From: Zancudomyces culisetae HAW-14-8 | Taxonomy: Eukaryota > Fungi > Kickxellomycota | DNA: 64,000 nucleotides | NCBI GenBank assembly: GCA_052426225.1 | Contig: JBNJNM010000006.1 | Location: forward strand, 1,240,001 to 1,304,000 | Reading direction: 5' to 3' | In this document: piece by piece, positions 26,001-38,793 of the stretch | Layout: each line of letters begins with the position of its first letter | How positions within the stretch are numbered: position 1 is the stretch's first letter | Made by a program: the position numbers and the translations under genes | Notes under the pieces: generated by a model | Told to the model about the DNA's origin: nothing | Database searches by the model: none | The model's input: the letters and a program-made list of their open reading frames with translations, nothing else

Positions 26001-29000
26001 CCATATTGTATAATATTGTTTATAACTAATTTATTGAATTATATATCAATATATATTTATACATAAATCATTGCAATAATTAAATATATAATAAATATTT
26101 TTTATACACTCTAAATAAATATATTATACATATGAATTAATTGGCAAAATATTATATAATTCATCATAATTACTATTTGTTATATGATAAAATAAAATTA
26201 TATATATTGATCATAGATTATGATTGTCAAATATAATTATTATTAATATTATATTATACACTGTATATTTCATTTTGATTTGCAATATTATACATTACAA
26301 TATATATTATAATATGTTATAAATTTTTAGATGTAATATGATATATATCAAAAGTATTAATATTGGATTTTTATTGCCGGTTAATAATATAACGGCTTCA
26401 AATAAATATTTAAAAATTATGATATATATGATAGAAAATATTGGCAATATTAATTACTCATACCATAATACGTACAATTATAATTTAATAGATTATATTG
26501 ATATAATATATAATATTATTTGTATTGTTAAATATATCACTATATAAATATATAGTGTTATATATTAAATATAAGTCATATTAGTATATTTCAAATATTT
26601 TATTGATTGTAAATAAAATATTATTACATTATTATGAAATTATTAATATATAATGTATGCATAATTATTTTATCATATAGATGATTCCGATATCTGCAAT
26701 GAATATTTACTATCAATGTATTACATTTTCATCATGATATTAAATCAAGAAATTAAATTATAATTAATATATTTTATATGTAATGAACGTAAAATTACAT
26801 ATAGTTGAATGTATTATTATAAATAATTTTTGTTTGATAAACAAAAAATAATCTAAGTAAAATATATTTTGATATAATTTTATAATATCATACCAACGAT
26901 TATATGCTATATTTTTATATAATTCCAACTATATATAATTATTATATCGCATAATATGAGCATATTAAATAATATATTCTATTAATATATATTCGATGAC
27001 TAACAAAATATTTACTATTCTTATTTATCTCCGTAACATTTTTACATAAAAAATTTAATATCCATACGATATAATATATATATTTGTAACTAATAAGAAG
27101 CATACGGCGTAAAACATATTATATGAAATGATAGTATATAAATATATATATATATAATTTTACATTATATTATATTTAAATAAATTTCAATAAAAATATT
27201 GTTATTTAATTTATAATAAAATATAAAATATACATATGTATAAGTTATGATAGATATAATTATAATTAAAATAATACACATAATACTATTTCGGATATAT
27301 ATACATATAATATAACTTATAAATTTTGTTAATTAGTATATAAAATATTTAATAATCTATAATCTATATATTACATTGATTTTTGCTTATAATAATACTA
27401 AAAAACCAAAAGATGATATAATATTTATATTTGGCCGACGTAAAGTGCAATGATACAAATTTTGATATATATAAGTTGATTTATATTAACCAGTAAATAT
27501 ATGATTTATATATTATATATAAGTAACAATGAAATAATCTAATGAATGTAAAACTATATATATTTAATGTTCATAATAATTTCAGCAAATAATATTAATT
27601 ATGAAAATTCATCTTCAAATTACATAAAATTTAAAATACATGTTAACTTTTAATTATATATACATAACATATTTAGTTAGATATTTTTATAATCATGGAA
27701 TTATGTGATAATATTAAAAGTCAAGTTTTCGATAATAAACTCTAGTCACATAAATATGTATTTCATAACCGTTATAATATTCCAGCAATATTTACATCAA
27801 TAATATAATTATGAATCATTATCATATTATAATGATCTTGAAATTTTATGTAGAATTTTTTAGTATATGTTGATATCATTATTTAAGTATCGTACATGAA
27901 AATATTACTGTATATAAAATTTACATTTTATTTAATAATACAATTTTATATTATTCAATATATACTAAATGATATTAGATATAATATTATGTTATATATG
28001 CTAATTTTATAATGTAACATATAATATATTTATAATATGTCTTATGTTATAATGATATCGTTCGAAAACATATATATTGTATTTAAAATTAAACATAATT
28101 ATTTGGAAATATGATTCAATAAAAAATGATAATATATCTATTGATTTATATTTTAAATGTGATTTAAAATGTAAAATAATTCTATTTGAAATTGTTAATA
28201 CCTATATGTATAGATACCGTATATACAAACTACAATTTACTAGTATAAATTTTGGTAACGGACATATCAATATTGTTTAATCCATATTGTATATTAAATT
28301 TTCATATTATATATAGATTTATTTATAATTTAAATTTAATATATGTAGCTATTATTTAATATTTTATGATATCGTATATAAAATATACGATTATATGTTA
28401 TCATATTATAAAATACCAACTGTCATCATTGTTAAATCATTTAAAAATTAATAATTAATAGACAAATTTATTATATCTATATGTATATATATCATTAATA
28501 AATTGATAGTTTGTTGAAATAAACGTGTAATTGTAAATGACCGATGAATATTTAAATTATTGCAAATATCTTTGATTATATTTAATTATATACATATATA
28601 ATGTAAATATATATAACTATACCTAATACATTATAAAGCTTACATAACGAATAATAATGGTTATACAATTATGATTGTTTAATATTATATATATATTCAA
28701 TTGAAATATTTTAATGTAAAAAATATTATAATGTTGATTTATTTCTTGATATATATGTAAAAAATGAAAGTATTATATTAAATTATATATTATCGATACA
28801 TAATGCGTGTACTTGATGTATTTTATTAACAACTATATATTATATTACTTTATATTAATATACAATAAATGAAGGTATTATTATATCATTATTATTGATA
28901 ATATTCGTAAAATGATATTTTGTTATTGTAATCAATTACAATATTCGATAATAAATTGGGTTGAACATATAAATTGTTTCGATTCAACAATCGATATTAA

Positions 29001-29390
29001 TTTTGTTATTATACTTTAAAAATCGTTACTATTTTAATAATATAATTAATAGCGGTATTTATAGTAAATATCGTATATTCAACCTACAATATTGTTGTAC
29101 ATTAACTGCTTGACTTATTTATAATAATGAATTGTTATATAATTCTATTATATACTTTAATATAGTATTTTACAATCGTAAATGTATTCAAACCGTGATA
29201 TCACTTTTAGCTGTTAATAATTATAATTATATATATTATCCCTAAAATTTTAACTTTATCATAATATAATATTGCAATTTAAAATTAATTTATGATCATG
29301 TTAATATAATTCTATCTAAATATTCTTGAAAAATTTGATAAATAAAATTAATATGTTATACCCATATGAAATAGTATACAAACATTTATC
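23050..29390. other. Extremely AT-rich, ORF-less, non-repetitive domain (candidate centromere core)
   Basis: Sampled 60-bp lines contain only ~6-10 G/C; rich in alternating AT; no credible ORF or tandem unit. Composition is observed, function is inferred. Confidence 0.55.
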
Positions 29391-29399
29391 CAAAATAAT

Positions 29400-30600
29400 G
29401 AAAAACCAAAGAATAGATTTACATTAAAATGTTAACCGGATCTCCATAATATGTAGAGTCAGCAAGTGAACAATTCCAAGAATTAAAGCTATATGAAGAA
29501 TAATATCACAGCTAACTAATGAGGTCGTATAACATAGCTTTAACTCCAAACAAGCGAATATGTACTAGGATGATATTATCTGGAGAGTATCGATCTGCTA
29601 CTTCGATACAAAAAAAGTTAGAAATGGATAATATTGTTAGTGCTAGTAAGTCTACAATATATAGGTCTTTTAATGATCTAAAAGACGTTACAAAAAAAAA
29701 ACTTCCAAACCGAAACTGAACTTTAAAATAATGCAAAAAGGTTGAGATTCGCAAAATCTCATTGCCACTGGACTACTGATGATTGGAGGAGAGTAACTTG
29801 GTCCGACAAAACTAGAATCAATTGATTTGGATCTGATGGAAATGAATGGACTTGGGTTCGTGATGGTGTGAGTCCTCAGCCGCACAATATTAACCAGACC
29901 GTAAAACACGGTGGAGGATCATTAATGATTTGGGGATGAATCACAGCATTTGGAACTGGCTACATGTGCCGATAGAAGGAATGTTATACAAGGAAGATTA
30001 TTTAAACATTTTAAAAGACAAGCTTAGCAATACAATAAAGTACTACAAGTTGGATCCCAAGTCAATAATATTTCAACATGACAATGATCCTAAACATACC
30101 TCAAAGTTAGTTACATGCTGGCTTGAAAACCAGGAATATAATACATTGGACTGGCAGCCACAATCTCCAAACTTAAACCCAATCGAAACTATATGAGCAA
30201 TCATCAAAAGACGCCTAAATAGATACAGTAAACCTCCGTCCGGGATGATCGAATTATGGGAGCGAATAGAAATGGAATGGAATTTAATTTCAGTGGAAAC
30301 AATACTTGGTCTTATAGATAGTATGCCCAAAAGAGTTGAGGCAGTTATCTAGTCTAAAGGAAGGTGGACATATTTTAAAGTTTTTTTTTGAAAAATTCCC
30401 AAAATTGTCTCATTTAAAAATTATTTCAATTTATAATTTCATAATGAATTTTAACTAATAAAAATCAGTTTATATATAATCTAATTTAACATTTGTTCAT
30501 TATATAATATAAATAACATATAATTTCTGGATATTATTGAGCGAGATTTTACACTTTGCAAATTATTTTCAATATTTTGAGACATTTTTGAAACTCACTG
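29400..30600 (+). mobile_element. Decayed Tc1/mariner element, right end intact, left end eroded
   Basis: [33 protein letters not shown] motifs; terminus ...ctcactg followed by TA at 30601-02. Confidence 0.9.
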
Positions 30601-31984
30601 TAAGTACAAATGAGGAAAAAACATAGGTAGTGAAGCTTAACACAATTTTCAAAGGGTATCAGAAAGGTATCAGAGTCTAATTTTTGAACCAAAATTAATT
30701 GTTTTGCACACCAAATTTTAGGAGTTGAGCGTAATTTTACCCAGTTTTATCGCATTTATTGAAGTAATAAATACATAAAACTAAATTAAATATAATTTAA
30801 AAAGGTAGAATTGACTGATTAAATAAAGTAAAACTTATTCCAGTAACAATCCCCCTCTATTAGCAGAACTTTTTGTAGGTTTAGTTGCGGAAATTTATTG
30901 AGAAATTTTCTGCAATCTAAAATTACAACACAACAACATGTGTCGCATTATTAACAATTTGTACAAGAGTAATTGGATGTGCCTGAAAATGGTACACTCA
31001 GTACGAAATTGCTAATTCATTTTTTTTGTTTAATTTTTTTAAATAAACTCAAATAATTTTTGAGCTCAGTATGCAATCAATTTTTCATACTGAGCTAGTT
31101 CAATAATGATGAATGTAAAATGTAAAATGATCCCATGCATTTTACATTTATCATTAATAACAAACAAATTATTAATAATATTATAACAATAGTCATATTT
31201 TAGTATTTAGTTTTATATAGTGGTTTAACATTCGAATAGTATATTTAAGGAGACGTATGGATGACATATGAAAACCTGATCCATGTCTCGATACGGAATA
31301 ACATAATAAAACAATTGTATAAAATCAAATATAAACCAAAAGATAAATTAGCAATAATGTTTTTAAACAGTTGGATTGGAACGTGGGTGACTCCAGGAGG
31401 AATTCACACACTTCTACCAGCATGAGCAGGGGCAGCAGCATGGATCAGGATGCAGGGGTATTAAGTCCCCGCACCCTGGGTGAGTTGACAGAGAGTGTCC
31501 GTCAACTCCAGATCCGTAGGAGCCCGGAAGAAATGTCGGTGAGTACAATTTCACCGACACTGTACAGGGGTATTAGCTCACCCGAGCACCCCTCGATGCA
31601 CATTGCATTACGCAATAGAAGTGCATCAACCATCAGTGATCGTACCAGAACCGGTATAACACGTGATGGTAGCGCTAATGGAAGTTGTGATACTTCACAT
31701 TTGTCGTATAAAATTTACTATTGTTGCTATGTATACGATTTATTGTGAAATTTGAAGGTAAAGTTCGAAACAGAGGAAATTAGCTTTCTTATATCTAATT
31801 ATCGTTGTACTAATAAATAAGTTTATACTAATAAATACTACTAAAAGATAGGATAATAAGTAATTGTTAATTTTGCTCACAATAGGATGTTCGGTTGATC
31901 CTATTGTGAGAAGATTAACCGCCGATCCCGCGATTCTCTCTAGGAAAATCTTATTGTGCAAATTTTCCCGACAGACCCCCTTCC

Positions 31985-34564
31985 TTAGCTCAGATCGTCC
32001 CGATTAGTTAAGCTTCTAAACTGTTTTAATCTTGTTTGAATTCTAATAGGCAATACTTCAGGTACCATTCGGATGTGTTCATTATATCTTTTAATCCTGT
32101 CGCCGCTGACTATATCTCTGTTATCCTCTGGGTCTGCGATAAAATAGGCGCCTTTGTCTAGTCTTCTTAATATCACATTTGGTCCTTCCCATATGCTACT
32201 AAACTTTGAATATGGCTTTTCTACAAGTCTTAAAACCTTTTCTCCTTCATTGAATCTTGTTACTTTTACTAGTTTGTCATATCTAACTTTTTCGTAGTTT
32301 TTGTTTTGTGTTATTTTATCAACTCCAATTTTTCTCAGTTCAGGTAACTTATTATAGATGTATGCTATTCTTTCCAATACTGCTTCGTCTAGGTTCTCAT
32401 TCGTATCCTCAAAATTTTGTGAGAGTGGGGTGTTCATCTCGTACCCAAACAACACCATGGAAGGACTAGTTTTGATTATTCTATGTTTTACTGATCTTAT
32501 TGACAACAATGCTTTCCAAAGATACTGGTCCCAATTAGTCTTGTCGAATAAACATATTTTGGCTAACGCATTTTTCAGTGTTTGGTTAAACCTTTCCACC
32601 TGCCCATTTGTCTGGGGGTGGTAGGCCGTAGAAGGTCTATGATCTATATTTAGTATAGAGTATACTTTAGTAGTTATATCACTTAAGAAGTTTGTACCTC
32701 TGTCGGTTATAATCCTTTTTGGGATACCGTAGACTGAAATTATATCATATATCAGAAAGTTCACTATTGTTTCAGAACGTATGTCTGGTAGTGCTTTTGC
32801 CACAGGCCATTTTGTCAGATAGTCGATGGCAGTAATTATGTATTTATTTCCACTCTCAGTTTCTGGAGTGATCGGGCCTATTATATCCATTCCTAAAATA
32901 TCAAATGGCTTGCTCGCTATAATAGGTACTAACAAGTTATTTCTTCCGCTGCTTCTCCTATAACGTTGGCACCTGTCACAAAAGTTAACAACGTGTTTTG
33001 TTACTTCGAATAGTTCTGGTCCACTGTATACTTTTTTCACCTCTTCCCAGGTACTATTTATCCCTTGGTGGTTTACTTCATGTAATTTTTGAATCTTTTC
33101 TTCTGCATTGGCTTCATGTAACAATTCTCGCTTTCCATGTTTTCTTGTCCAAGAATATAATTTTCCGTTTTCATGTTTGTATTTTAGAGCTTTAGTTTGT
33201 ATTAGTTCTTTTGTTTTGTTTTCTAAATTCGCAGGTATGATTTTTTCAGTAATATAGTTTTTTATGTTTGAATATAATTCAAAATTTAAAACAAATACTT
33301 CAAGTTCCATATCTCCAGCGATATTTTCGTCAAATGTGTTTTCAGTAACTTGCCTCGATAATGCGTCTGCAGGGTTTAGTTTTCCTTTTCTGTGTACCAT
33401 TGTAAATTCATACTCGCTTAGTTGTAGACTCCATCTTGCTACTCTGCCTGTTCCCTCCTTAGATTTAAACAAGGATGTCAACGCTGAGTGGTCTGTTACC
33501 AGTATAAACTTCCGCCCCCAAATGTAGTTTCTATATTGATTTATACCCCATATGACTCCCAACCCTTCTAGGTGAGTAGCTGAATAATTTTTTTCAGCCT
33601 TGCTCAAAGTCCTGCTGGCGTAAGCTATAGGATATTCTTTGCCGTCGTATTCCTGACTCAGTATCGCTCCTAGTCCTTTTCCTGAAGCATCAGTCGTAAC
33701 TATAAAATCTTTATCCCAATTTGGATATTTTAATATAGGTGAATTGACTAGACTAGATTTTAAAATTTCTACTGCATGTCTATGTGTATTATTCCAATGC
33801 CATGGGATATCTTTTCTCAACAAATCTGTTAATGGTTTCGCTATTTGAGCGTAGTTTTTTATGAACTTTCGATAATACCCTGTTGTGCCTAAAACACTCT
33901 GTAATTCTTTAATGTTAGTTGGGTCTTTTATGGTTAGCATGGCTTTCACCTTTTCTGAATTGGTATGCACTTCTTGATTCGAAATAATATGTCCTAGGTA
34001 ATGAAGTTTGTTTTGTCCAAAACTGCATTTTTTCCTATTCAACTTAATCTTTGCGCTACGTAAAAGCTCAAATAGACTAGCTAAGTCTTTTGTATGTTGT
34101 TCTACAGAATTTGAATATACGATTATATCGTCAATAAAAACCAGGGCGCATTTCCATAATACTGGTCTTAATACCCTTTCCATTAAACGTTGAAACGTTG
34201 CAGGACTGTTACATAAGCCAAAAGGCATTACGTTATAACAGTAAAGTCCTTCCCCTGGCAACGCAAACGCTGTTTTTTCTTTGTCCTCCTGTCGCACTCG
34301 AACCTGCCAAAATCCTGCGAGTGCGTCCAATGACCTATAAACCATTGCCCCTGCGAGTGCATCAAAAATATCTGAAATTATAGGAAGCGGATAGGTGTCC
34401 TTTTTAGTTATTGCATTAAGTTTTCTAAAATCTGAGCATATACGTATAGATCCGTCTTTTTTCCACACCGTGACAACTGGAGCACACCAGTCCGAGTTGC
34501 AAGGTTCAATAATTCCCTTTTCTTCCATTCTGCGTAACTCTTCTCGGGCTAAATCCTTCATCAT
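31985..34564 (-). CDS. pol: Pol fragment of element B (RT, RNase H, integrase)
   Basis: MPFGLCNSPATFQR, FIDD, TDAS, HHCC, DDE (MDIIGP, TDRG, GQVER), WEGP module. Confidence 0.93.
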   Translation of the reverse strand: MMKDLAREELRRMEEKGIIEPCNSDWCAPVVTVWKKDGSIRICSDFRKLNAITKKDTYPLPIISDIFDALAGAMVYRSLDALAGFWQVRVRQEDKEKTAFALPGEGLYCYNVMPFGLCNSPATFQRLMERVLRPVLWKCALVFIDDIIVYSNSVEQHTKDLASLFELLRSAKIKLNRKKCSFGQNKLHYLGHIISNQEVHTNSEKVKAMLTIKDPTNIKELQSVLGTTGYYRKFIKNYAQIAKPLTDLLRKDIPWHWNNTHRHAVEILKSSLVNSPILKYPNWDKDFIVTTDASGKGLGAILSQEYDGKEYPIAYASRTLSKAEKNYSATHLEGLGVIWGINQYRNYIWGRKFILVTDHSALTSLFKSKEGTGRVARWSLQLSEYEFTMVHRKGKLNPADALSRQVTENTFDENIAGDMELEVFVLNFELYSNIKNYITEKIIPANLENKTKELIQTKALKYKHENGKLYSWTRKHGKRELLHEANAEEKIQKLHEVNHQGINSTWEEVKKVYSGPELFEVTKHVVNFCDRCQRYRRSSGRNNLLVPIIASKPFDILGMDIIGPITPETESGNKYIITAIDYLTKWPVAKALPDIRSETIVNFLIYDIISVYGIPKRIITDRGTNFLSDITTKVYSILNIDHRPSTAYHPQTNGQVERFNQTLKNALAKICLFDKTNWDQYLWKALLSIRSVKHRIIKTSPSMVLFGYEMNTPLSQNFEDTNENLDEAVLERIAYIYNKLPELRKIGVDKITQNKNYEKVRYDKLVKVTRFNEGEKVLRLVEKPYSKFSSIWEGPNVILRRLDKGAYFIADPEDNRDIVSGDRIKRYNEHIRMVPEVLPIRIQTRLKQFRSLTNRDDLS

Positions 34565-34660
34565 GTGTGGAATTCGATAGGGACGTTGTTTAATTGGCGG
34601 ATGATTACCTGTGTCGATTGCGTGTTCAACAATATCTGTACCTTCTAAGTCTGTATAGTC

Positions 34661-35218
34661 TTACACTAGTATATCATTGTTTTTATTTATTAAATCTACA
34701 ATTTGTGGAGGAGTATCAGTAAATATATTGCATTCCATTAACAAAACCTCTTTACCAACACCTACTAGTTCTTCCTTGTTTGTAGTATCACTGCTTTGTG
34801 AACTTGTACTTAAAGGAATTGATAGTTTACACCCCTTAGTAGGTATCATCAGCTCATTGTCTTTCATTTTTATTGTAACATCATATTTTAATAACCAGTT
34901 AGTTCCTAGAATGAGAGAAGACTTTTTAGTATCCATAACTATAATGTCAACCTCAAAGTTAAGGTTCGCAAAACTGATTGGAACTTTTTCAACAATTCCC
35001 AGGGTCAAATGTTGGTTACCATCTGCCGTGGTTATTATTTGCTTATTACTGGCGTTTAGTCTTAGTCCTGTTTGCCTTAACACGTATTCAGGCATTACAC
35101 AGCAAGCTGCGCCTGTATCCACAATTGTAGTAAACTTTAAGCCATATCTAGTAGCAACAGTTCTGCAATTTGAGACGTTTAATTCATCTGAGATATTTAT
35201 AAATACCTCCTTCTCCAT
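34661..35218 (-). CDS. Aspartic protease fragment of element B
   Basis: IVDTGA active site and ILGTNWL motif. Confidence 0.88.
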   Translation of the reverse strand: MEKEVFINISDELNVSNCRTVATRYGLKFTTIVDTGAACCVMPEYVLRQTGLRLNASNKQIITTADGNQHLTLGIVEKVPISFANLNFEVDIIVMDTKKSSLILGTNWLLKYDVTIKMKDNELMIPTKGCKLSIPLSTSSQSSDTTNKEELVGVGKEVLLMECNIFTDTPPQIVDLINKNNDILV

Positions 35219-35698
35219 CGGCTTACATAACTCAAATAGTTGATTTTTTACAGTAGGGGATATTTTTAGTAACTGTTGTATAGATATATCTGCCTTTAAT
35301 TTGTTCAGGTGAGCTGTTATGTTATAGTCTTCAGAAGTTTTTACGGTTGTAGTATCTAAACTATTGTTTTTTATCTTTAATATATTATTATTTGAATTGT
35401 AGTTTTTAAAGTTTTCATTTGTTTTTGTGTTTTCAAAATTATCTTCATTTTTTTGTATGATTTCATAGTTATCTTAATTTTTTTGCATGGTTTTATAGTT
35501 ATCTTCAATTTTTTTCAATGTTTTCTGGTTATCTTCATTTTTATGATTGTTGTTGTAATTGTTATTTTTGTCATTATTAGGGTTTATTTGATCATTAATA
35601 GATCCGAAATTACTAAAACTTGGTTCTTCCACAAACGGATTATTTACTTCAGACGATATACCGTATGATTTGTGCTTAACGAACCTTTGGTTGTCTTC

Positions 35699-36754
35699 CT
35701 ATTCAATTTTCCTTTTTTCAGTAGCGAATAATTCAATTTCATTGTCTTTGATATCGGTAAGTGTTATATTTACAATGTCCTTATTTTGAAAAGTCAAATT
35801 TTCCACTTCTATGCAAGCTACCGGATTGGTAGGGTCTCCTTTGTTATCCATTTTTGATACAGCCTGTGGTTTTGGGTCTCTTTTTTCATTGCTGTTGTAT
35901 TGACTTGTTTGGTTTGTACTTGTACGATTAACATAGGTATTTTGATACCTACCATCGTTTCTTTCATAGTTGTTAGTGTTATATCTGTTTTGGGGCCGAT
36001 TCCTTTGGTTAGTAACTTCTAGTAGGCATGTTTTTAGATCATTAAACATGAATAAAAGTTCCTCATACTTTTTATCTCCTTCGTTTTTAACGGGCTCTGA
36101 ACTTATTCGAGACTTAATTGTGGTGCATATTTTATTTAGTCTCTCGGTTTCCATAATGGAGGTAAATGCCTCTTTATATGTTTTGCACCTATCACTCAAT
36201 ATTCCTTTTTGTGCTTCCGGGTCCATGGCAGCAAAAAGTAGTTTAAACTTTATTGCATCATCTGAAATTTTAGCTGTATTAAAGAGCTTTTCAATTTTTG
36301 AGACTAGCTCTTCCACGTCTTCTTCGGGTGTCTTTTTAAGCAGCTGTAACTGGTTCCAGGCTATAAGTTCACCTTCAGGACCTTCAAACTGAAGTATGAA
36401 CTTGTTTTTGATTTCACTCCAAGTGTTATCTTCGCTACACTCGCGTTCAAACCATAGTAGTGCACGACCTTCGAGGTATAATTCCATAAGATCTACCATA
36501 TCTTTATCTTTCCAACCATTTCTTCTAGCACACAGTTCATATCTTCTAATCCATTTAGATGGATCCATATTGGAGTTTGTGCTGAAAATTTCTGGTTCAA
36601 TCAATTTGTAATTAAGAATCATAGGATTACACATTGTTGGTGCAGTATTATCACTGGCCTGATTTTGTATGAGCCTCTGCTTTTCTTGGTGTGTTTCAAC
36701 AGCCTTTTCTGCCACTGCTTTTGCGGACGACTTGATTGCTTTTTCTGACATCAT
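35699..36754 (-). CDS. gag: Gag of element B
   Basis: Retrotransposon capsid-like motif (WIRRYE..NGW..LYLEGRALLWF) just downstream of the PBS. Confidence 0.88.
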   Translation of the reverse strand: MMSEKAIKSSAKAVAEKAVETHQEKQRLIQNQASDNTAPTMCNPMILNYKLIEPEIFSTNSNMDPSKWIRRYELCARRNGWKDKDMVDLMELYLEGRALLWFERECSEDNTWSEIKNKFILQFEGPEGELIAWNQLQLLKKTPEEDVEELVSKIEKLFNTAKISDDAIKFKLLFAAMDPEAQKGILSDRCKTYKEAFTSIMETERLNKICTTIKSRISSEPVKNEGDKKYEELLFMFNDLKTCLLEVTNQRNRPQNRYNTNNYERNDGRYQNTYVNRTSTNQTSQYNSNEKRDPKPQAVSKMDNKGDPTNPVACIEVENLTFQNKDIVNITLTDIKDNEIELFATEKRKIE

Positions 36755-36792
36755 TCTAATTTTTACTTATTTATTAAATAATACTATTTGTT

Positions 36793-36811
36793 AGCCTAGC
36801 TGGGAGCGCCA
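36793..36811 (-). promoter_or_regulatory. Primer-binding site of element B, complementary to tRNA-Asn
   Basis: agcctagctgggagcg-cca equals 47861..47876 plus CCA. Confidence 0.93.
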
Positions 36812-37099
36812 AAACTGTCGTATAAAATTTACTATTGTTGCTATGTATACGATTTATTGTGAAATTTGAAGGTAAAGTTCGAAACAAGGGAAATTAGCTT
36901 TGCTTATATCTAATTATCGTTGTACTAATAAATAAGTTTATACTAATAAATACTACTAAAAGATAGGATAATAAGTAATTGTTAATTTTGCTCACAATAG
37001 GATGTTCGGTTGATCCTATTGTGAGAAGATTAACCGCCGATCCCGCGATTCTCTCTAGGAAAATCTTATTGTGCAAATTTTTCCGACACATTATGCGAC

Positions 37100-37413
37100 T
37101 GTCATATAATCATATGACGTGAACAAATTTTACATAGTTTTTAATTATTGGTTTTATAGGATTAGCAGTATTATTAGATTGGACCTTTTTCCCCTCGTGG
37201 TTTTTGTCCATCATTTATAACTTAGTCAATATATTATAATATTTTTATTATCGAAATGAGCTGAGATAAAAGGCATTGCCGAAAAACACAAATAAAGTAA
37301 CTTTGAACTCAATAAATAAGAATATAGTATAACAGTTTATAGTAACACAATATTATAGTATAGAATTATATCAAATAATAAGACAAAGTATAGAATTAAG
37401 TTCAAAACTTACA
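37100..37413 (+). mobile_element. Solo LTR C
   Basis: TGT...ACA termini, flanked by cgac/caac (one mismatch); strand inferred from a shared U3 motif. Confidence 0.7.
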
Positions 37414-37417
37414 CAAC

Positions 37418-37791
37418 TGTCATATAGTACCCTTATTTTCTAATATGTATATTTTTATTTAGTTGTTTAGTGAAATTTTTCTAGTTAATTTTGGGTTTAA
37501 AATATATTTAGTTTTTTATTGGATAAAATTACGTAAGTGGTAAACAGTCAAAATTGAATCCAATTAGAATTTTATCATAGTATGTTTATATGGTTTTGGT
37601 AGGTTTTTGTGAGAGTTTTACTATCAGATTTTTTCAGTTTAATTATTTGTTATAAAGGATTCTAACACACAATATATCTAACAAGGATTCTAGGCGTTAA
37701 GAGTATTTAGTTATAAGATAATACTAAGTAATAGAAGTTAGTTTATATTGCTACAACATTAAAATATATAAATAAAGCTATTTATATGACA
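37418..37791. mobile_element. Solo LTR D
   Basis: tgtcatata...tatatgaca inverted termini; exact TSD CAAC. Confidence 0.85.
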
Positions 37792-37796
37792 CAACA

Positions 37797-38019
37797 TGTT
37801 ATATAGTAATGATATATACCTGTATTTCCTTGTATTTTATTGGTTAATTTAAATAGTATTATTTTATGCATTAAATAGTCTAGTTTTGAATTAATTAATA
37901 AATTGTCTTTTTCTCCCACAATAATTATAGTACTATTATATAATAATAAAAGTCCCGTCCTGTATAATACTGGGTTATTATATTACTCAGTAGGACGTTA
38001 AACATGTAAATATACAACA
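37797..38019 (+). mobile_element. Solo LTR E (same family as the LTRs at 49909..50915)
   Basis: 223 bp, reverse complement of 49909..50131 with several changes; TSD AACA. Confidence 0.9.
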
Positions 38020-38027
38020 AACACATG

Positions 38028-38792
38028 TGTCGCATAATGTGAAGTATCACTACTTCCATTAGCGCTACCATCACGTGTTATACCGGTTCTGGTACGATCA
38101 CTGATGGTTGATGCACTTCTATTGCGTAATGCAATGTGCATCGAGGGGTGCTCGGGTGAGCTAATACCCCTGTACAGTGTCGGTGAAATTGTACTCACCG
38201 ACATTTCTTCCGGGCTCCTACGGATCTGGAGTTGACGGACACTCTCTGTCAACTCACCCAGGGTGCGGGGACTTAATACCCCTGCATCCTGATCCATGCT
38301 GCTGCCCCTGCTCATGCTGGTAGAAGTGTGTGAATTCCTCCTGGAGTCACCCACGTTCCAATCCAACTGTTTAAAAACATTATTGCTAATTTATCTTTTG
38401 GTTTATATTTGATTTTATTTAATTATTTTATTATAGTATTCCGTATCGAGACATGGATGATGTTTTCATATGTCATCCATACGTCTCCTTAAATATACTA
38501 TTCGAATGTTAAACCACTATATAAAACTAAATACTAAAATATGACTATTGTTATAATATTATTAATAATTTGTTTGTTATTAATGATAAATGTAAAATGC
38601 ATGGGATCATTTTACATTTTACATTCATCATTATTGAACTAGCTCAGTATGAAAAATTGATTGCATACTGAGCTCGAAATTATTTGAATTTATTTAAAAA
38701 AAGTAAACAAAAATGAATTTGCATTTTCGCACTGAGTGTACCATTTTCAGGCACATCCACGTGCTATTGTACAAATTGTTAATAATGCGACA
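38028..38792 (-). mobile_element. Solo LTR, family A copy A2
   Basis: Reverse complement of 44123..44888; TSD CATG (38024-27; second copy split as c38793 plus atg 47801-03). Confidence 0.92.
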
Positions 38793-38793
38793 C

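Larger units (their letters stand above)
31702..37088 (-). mobile_element. Ty3/gypsy LTR retrotransposon B, full length, defective
   Basis: LTRs 31702..31973 and 36816..37088 (few differences), TSD CATT, PBS 36793..36811, PPT next to 31974; gag-PR-RT-RH-IN order; stops at 35699 and 34661 plus a frameshift. Confidence 0.96.
30941..37796 (+). mobile_element. Solo LTR, family A copy A1 (30941..31701 plus terminal remnants at 37093..37099 and 37796), split by later insertions
   Basis: Homologous to LTRs 44123..44888 and 47027..47792; TSD CATG at 30937-40 and 38024-27. Confidence 0.88.

Noticed and set aside
25762-28280. Short Ile/Tyr/Asn-rich ORFs in the AT-rich domain; possible NUMT
   Set aside because: Expected by chance at this composition; no mitochondrial gene, rRNA or tRNA motif recognised
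30603-30930. Possible ninth, oldest LTR of the Asn stack ending in attacaaca, faintly similar to ~21170-21208
   Set aside because: No 5' terminus or TSD; similarity too short in AT-rich DNA
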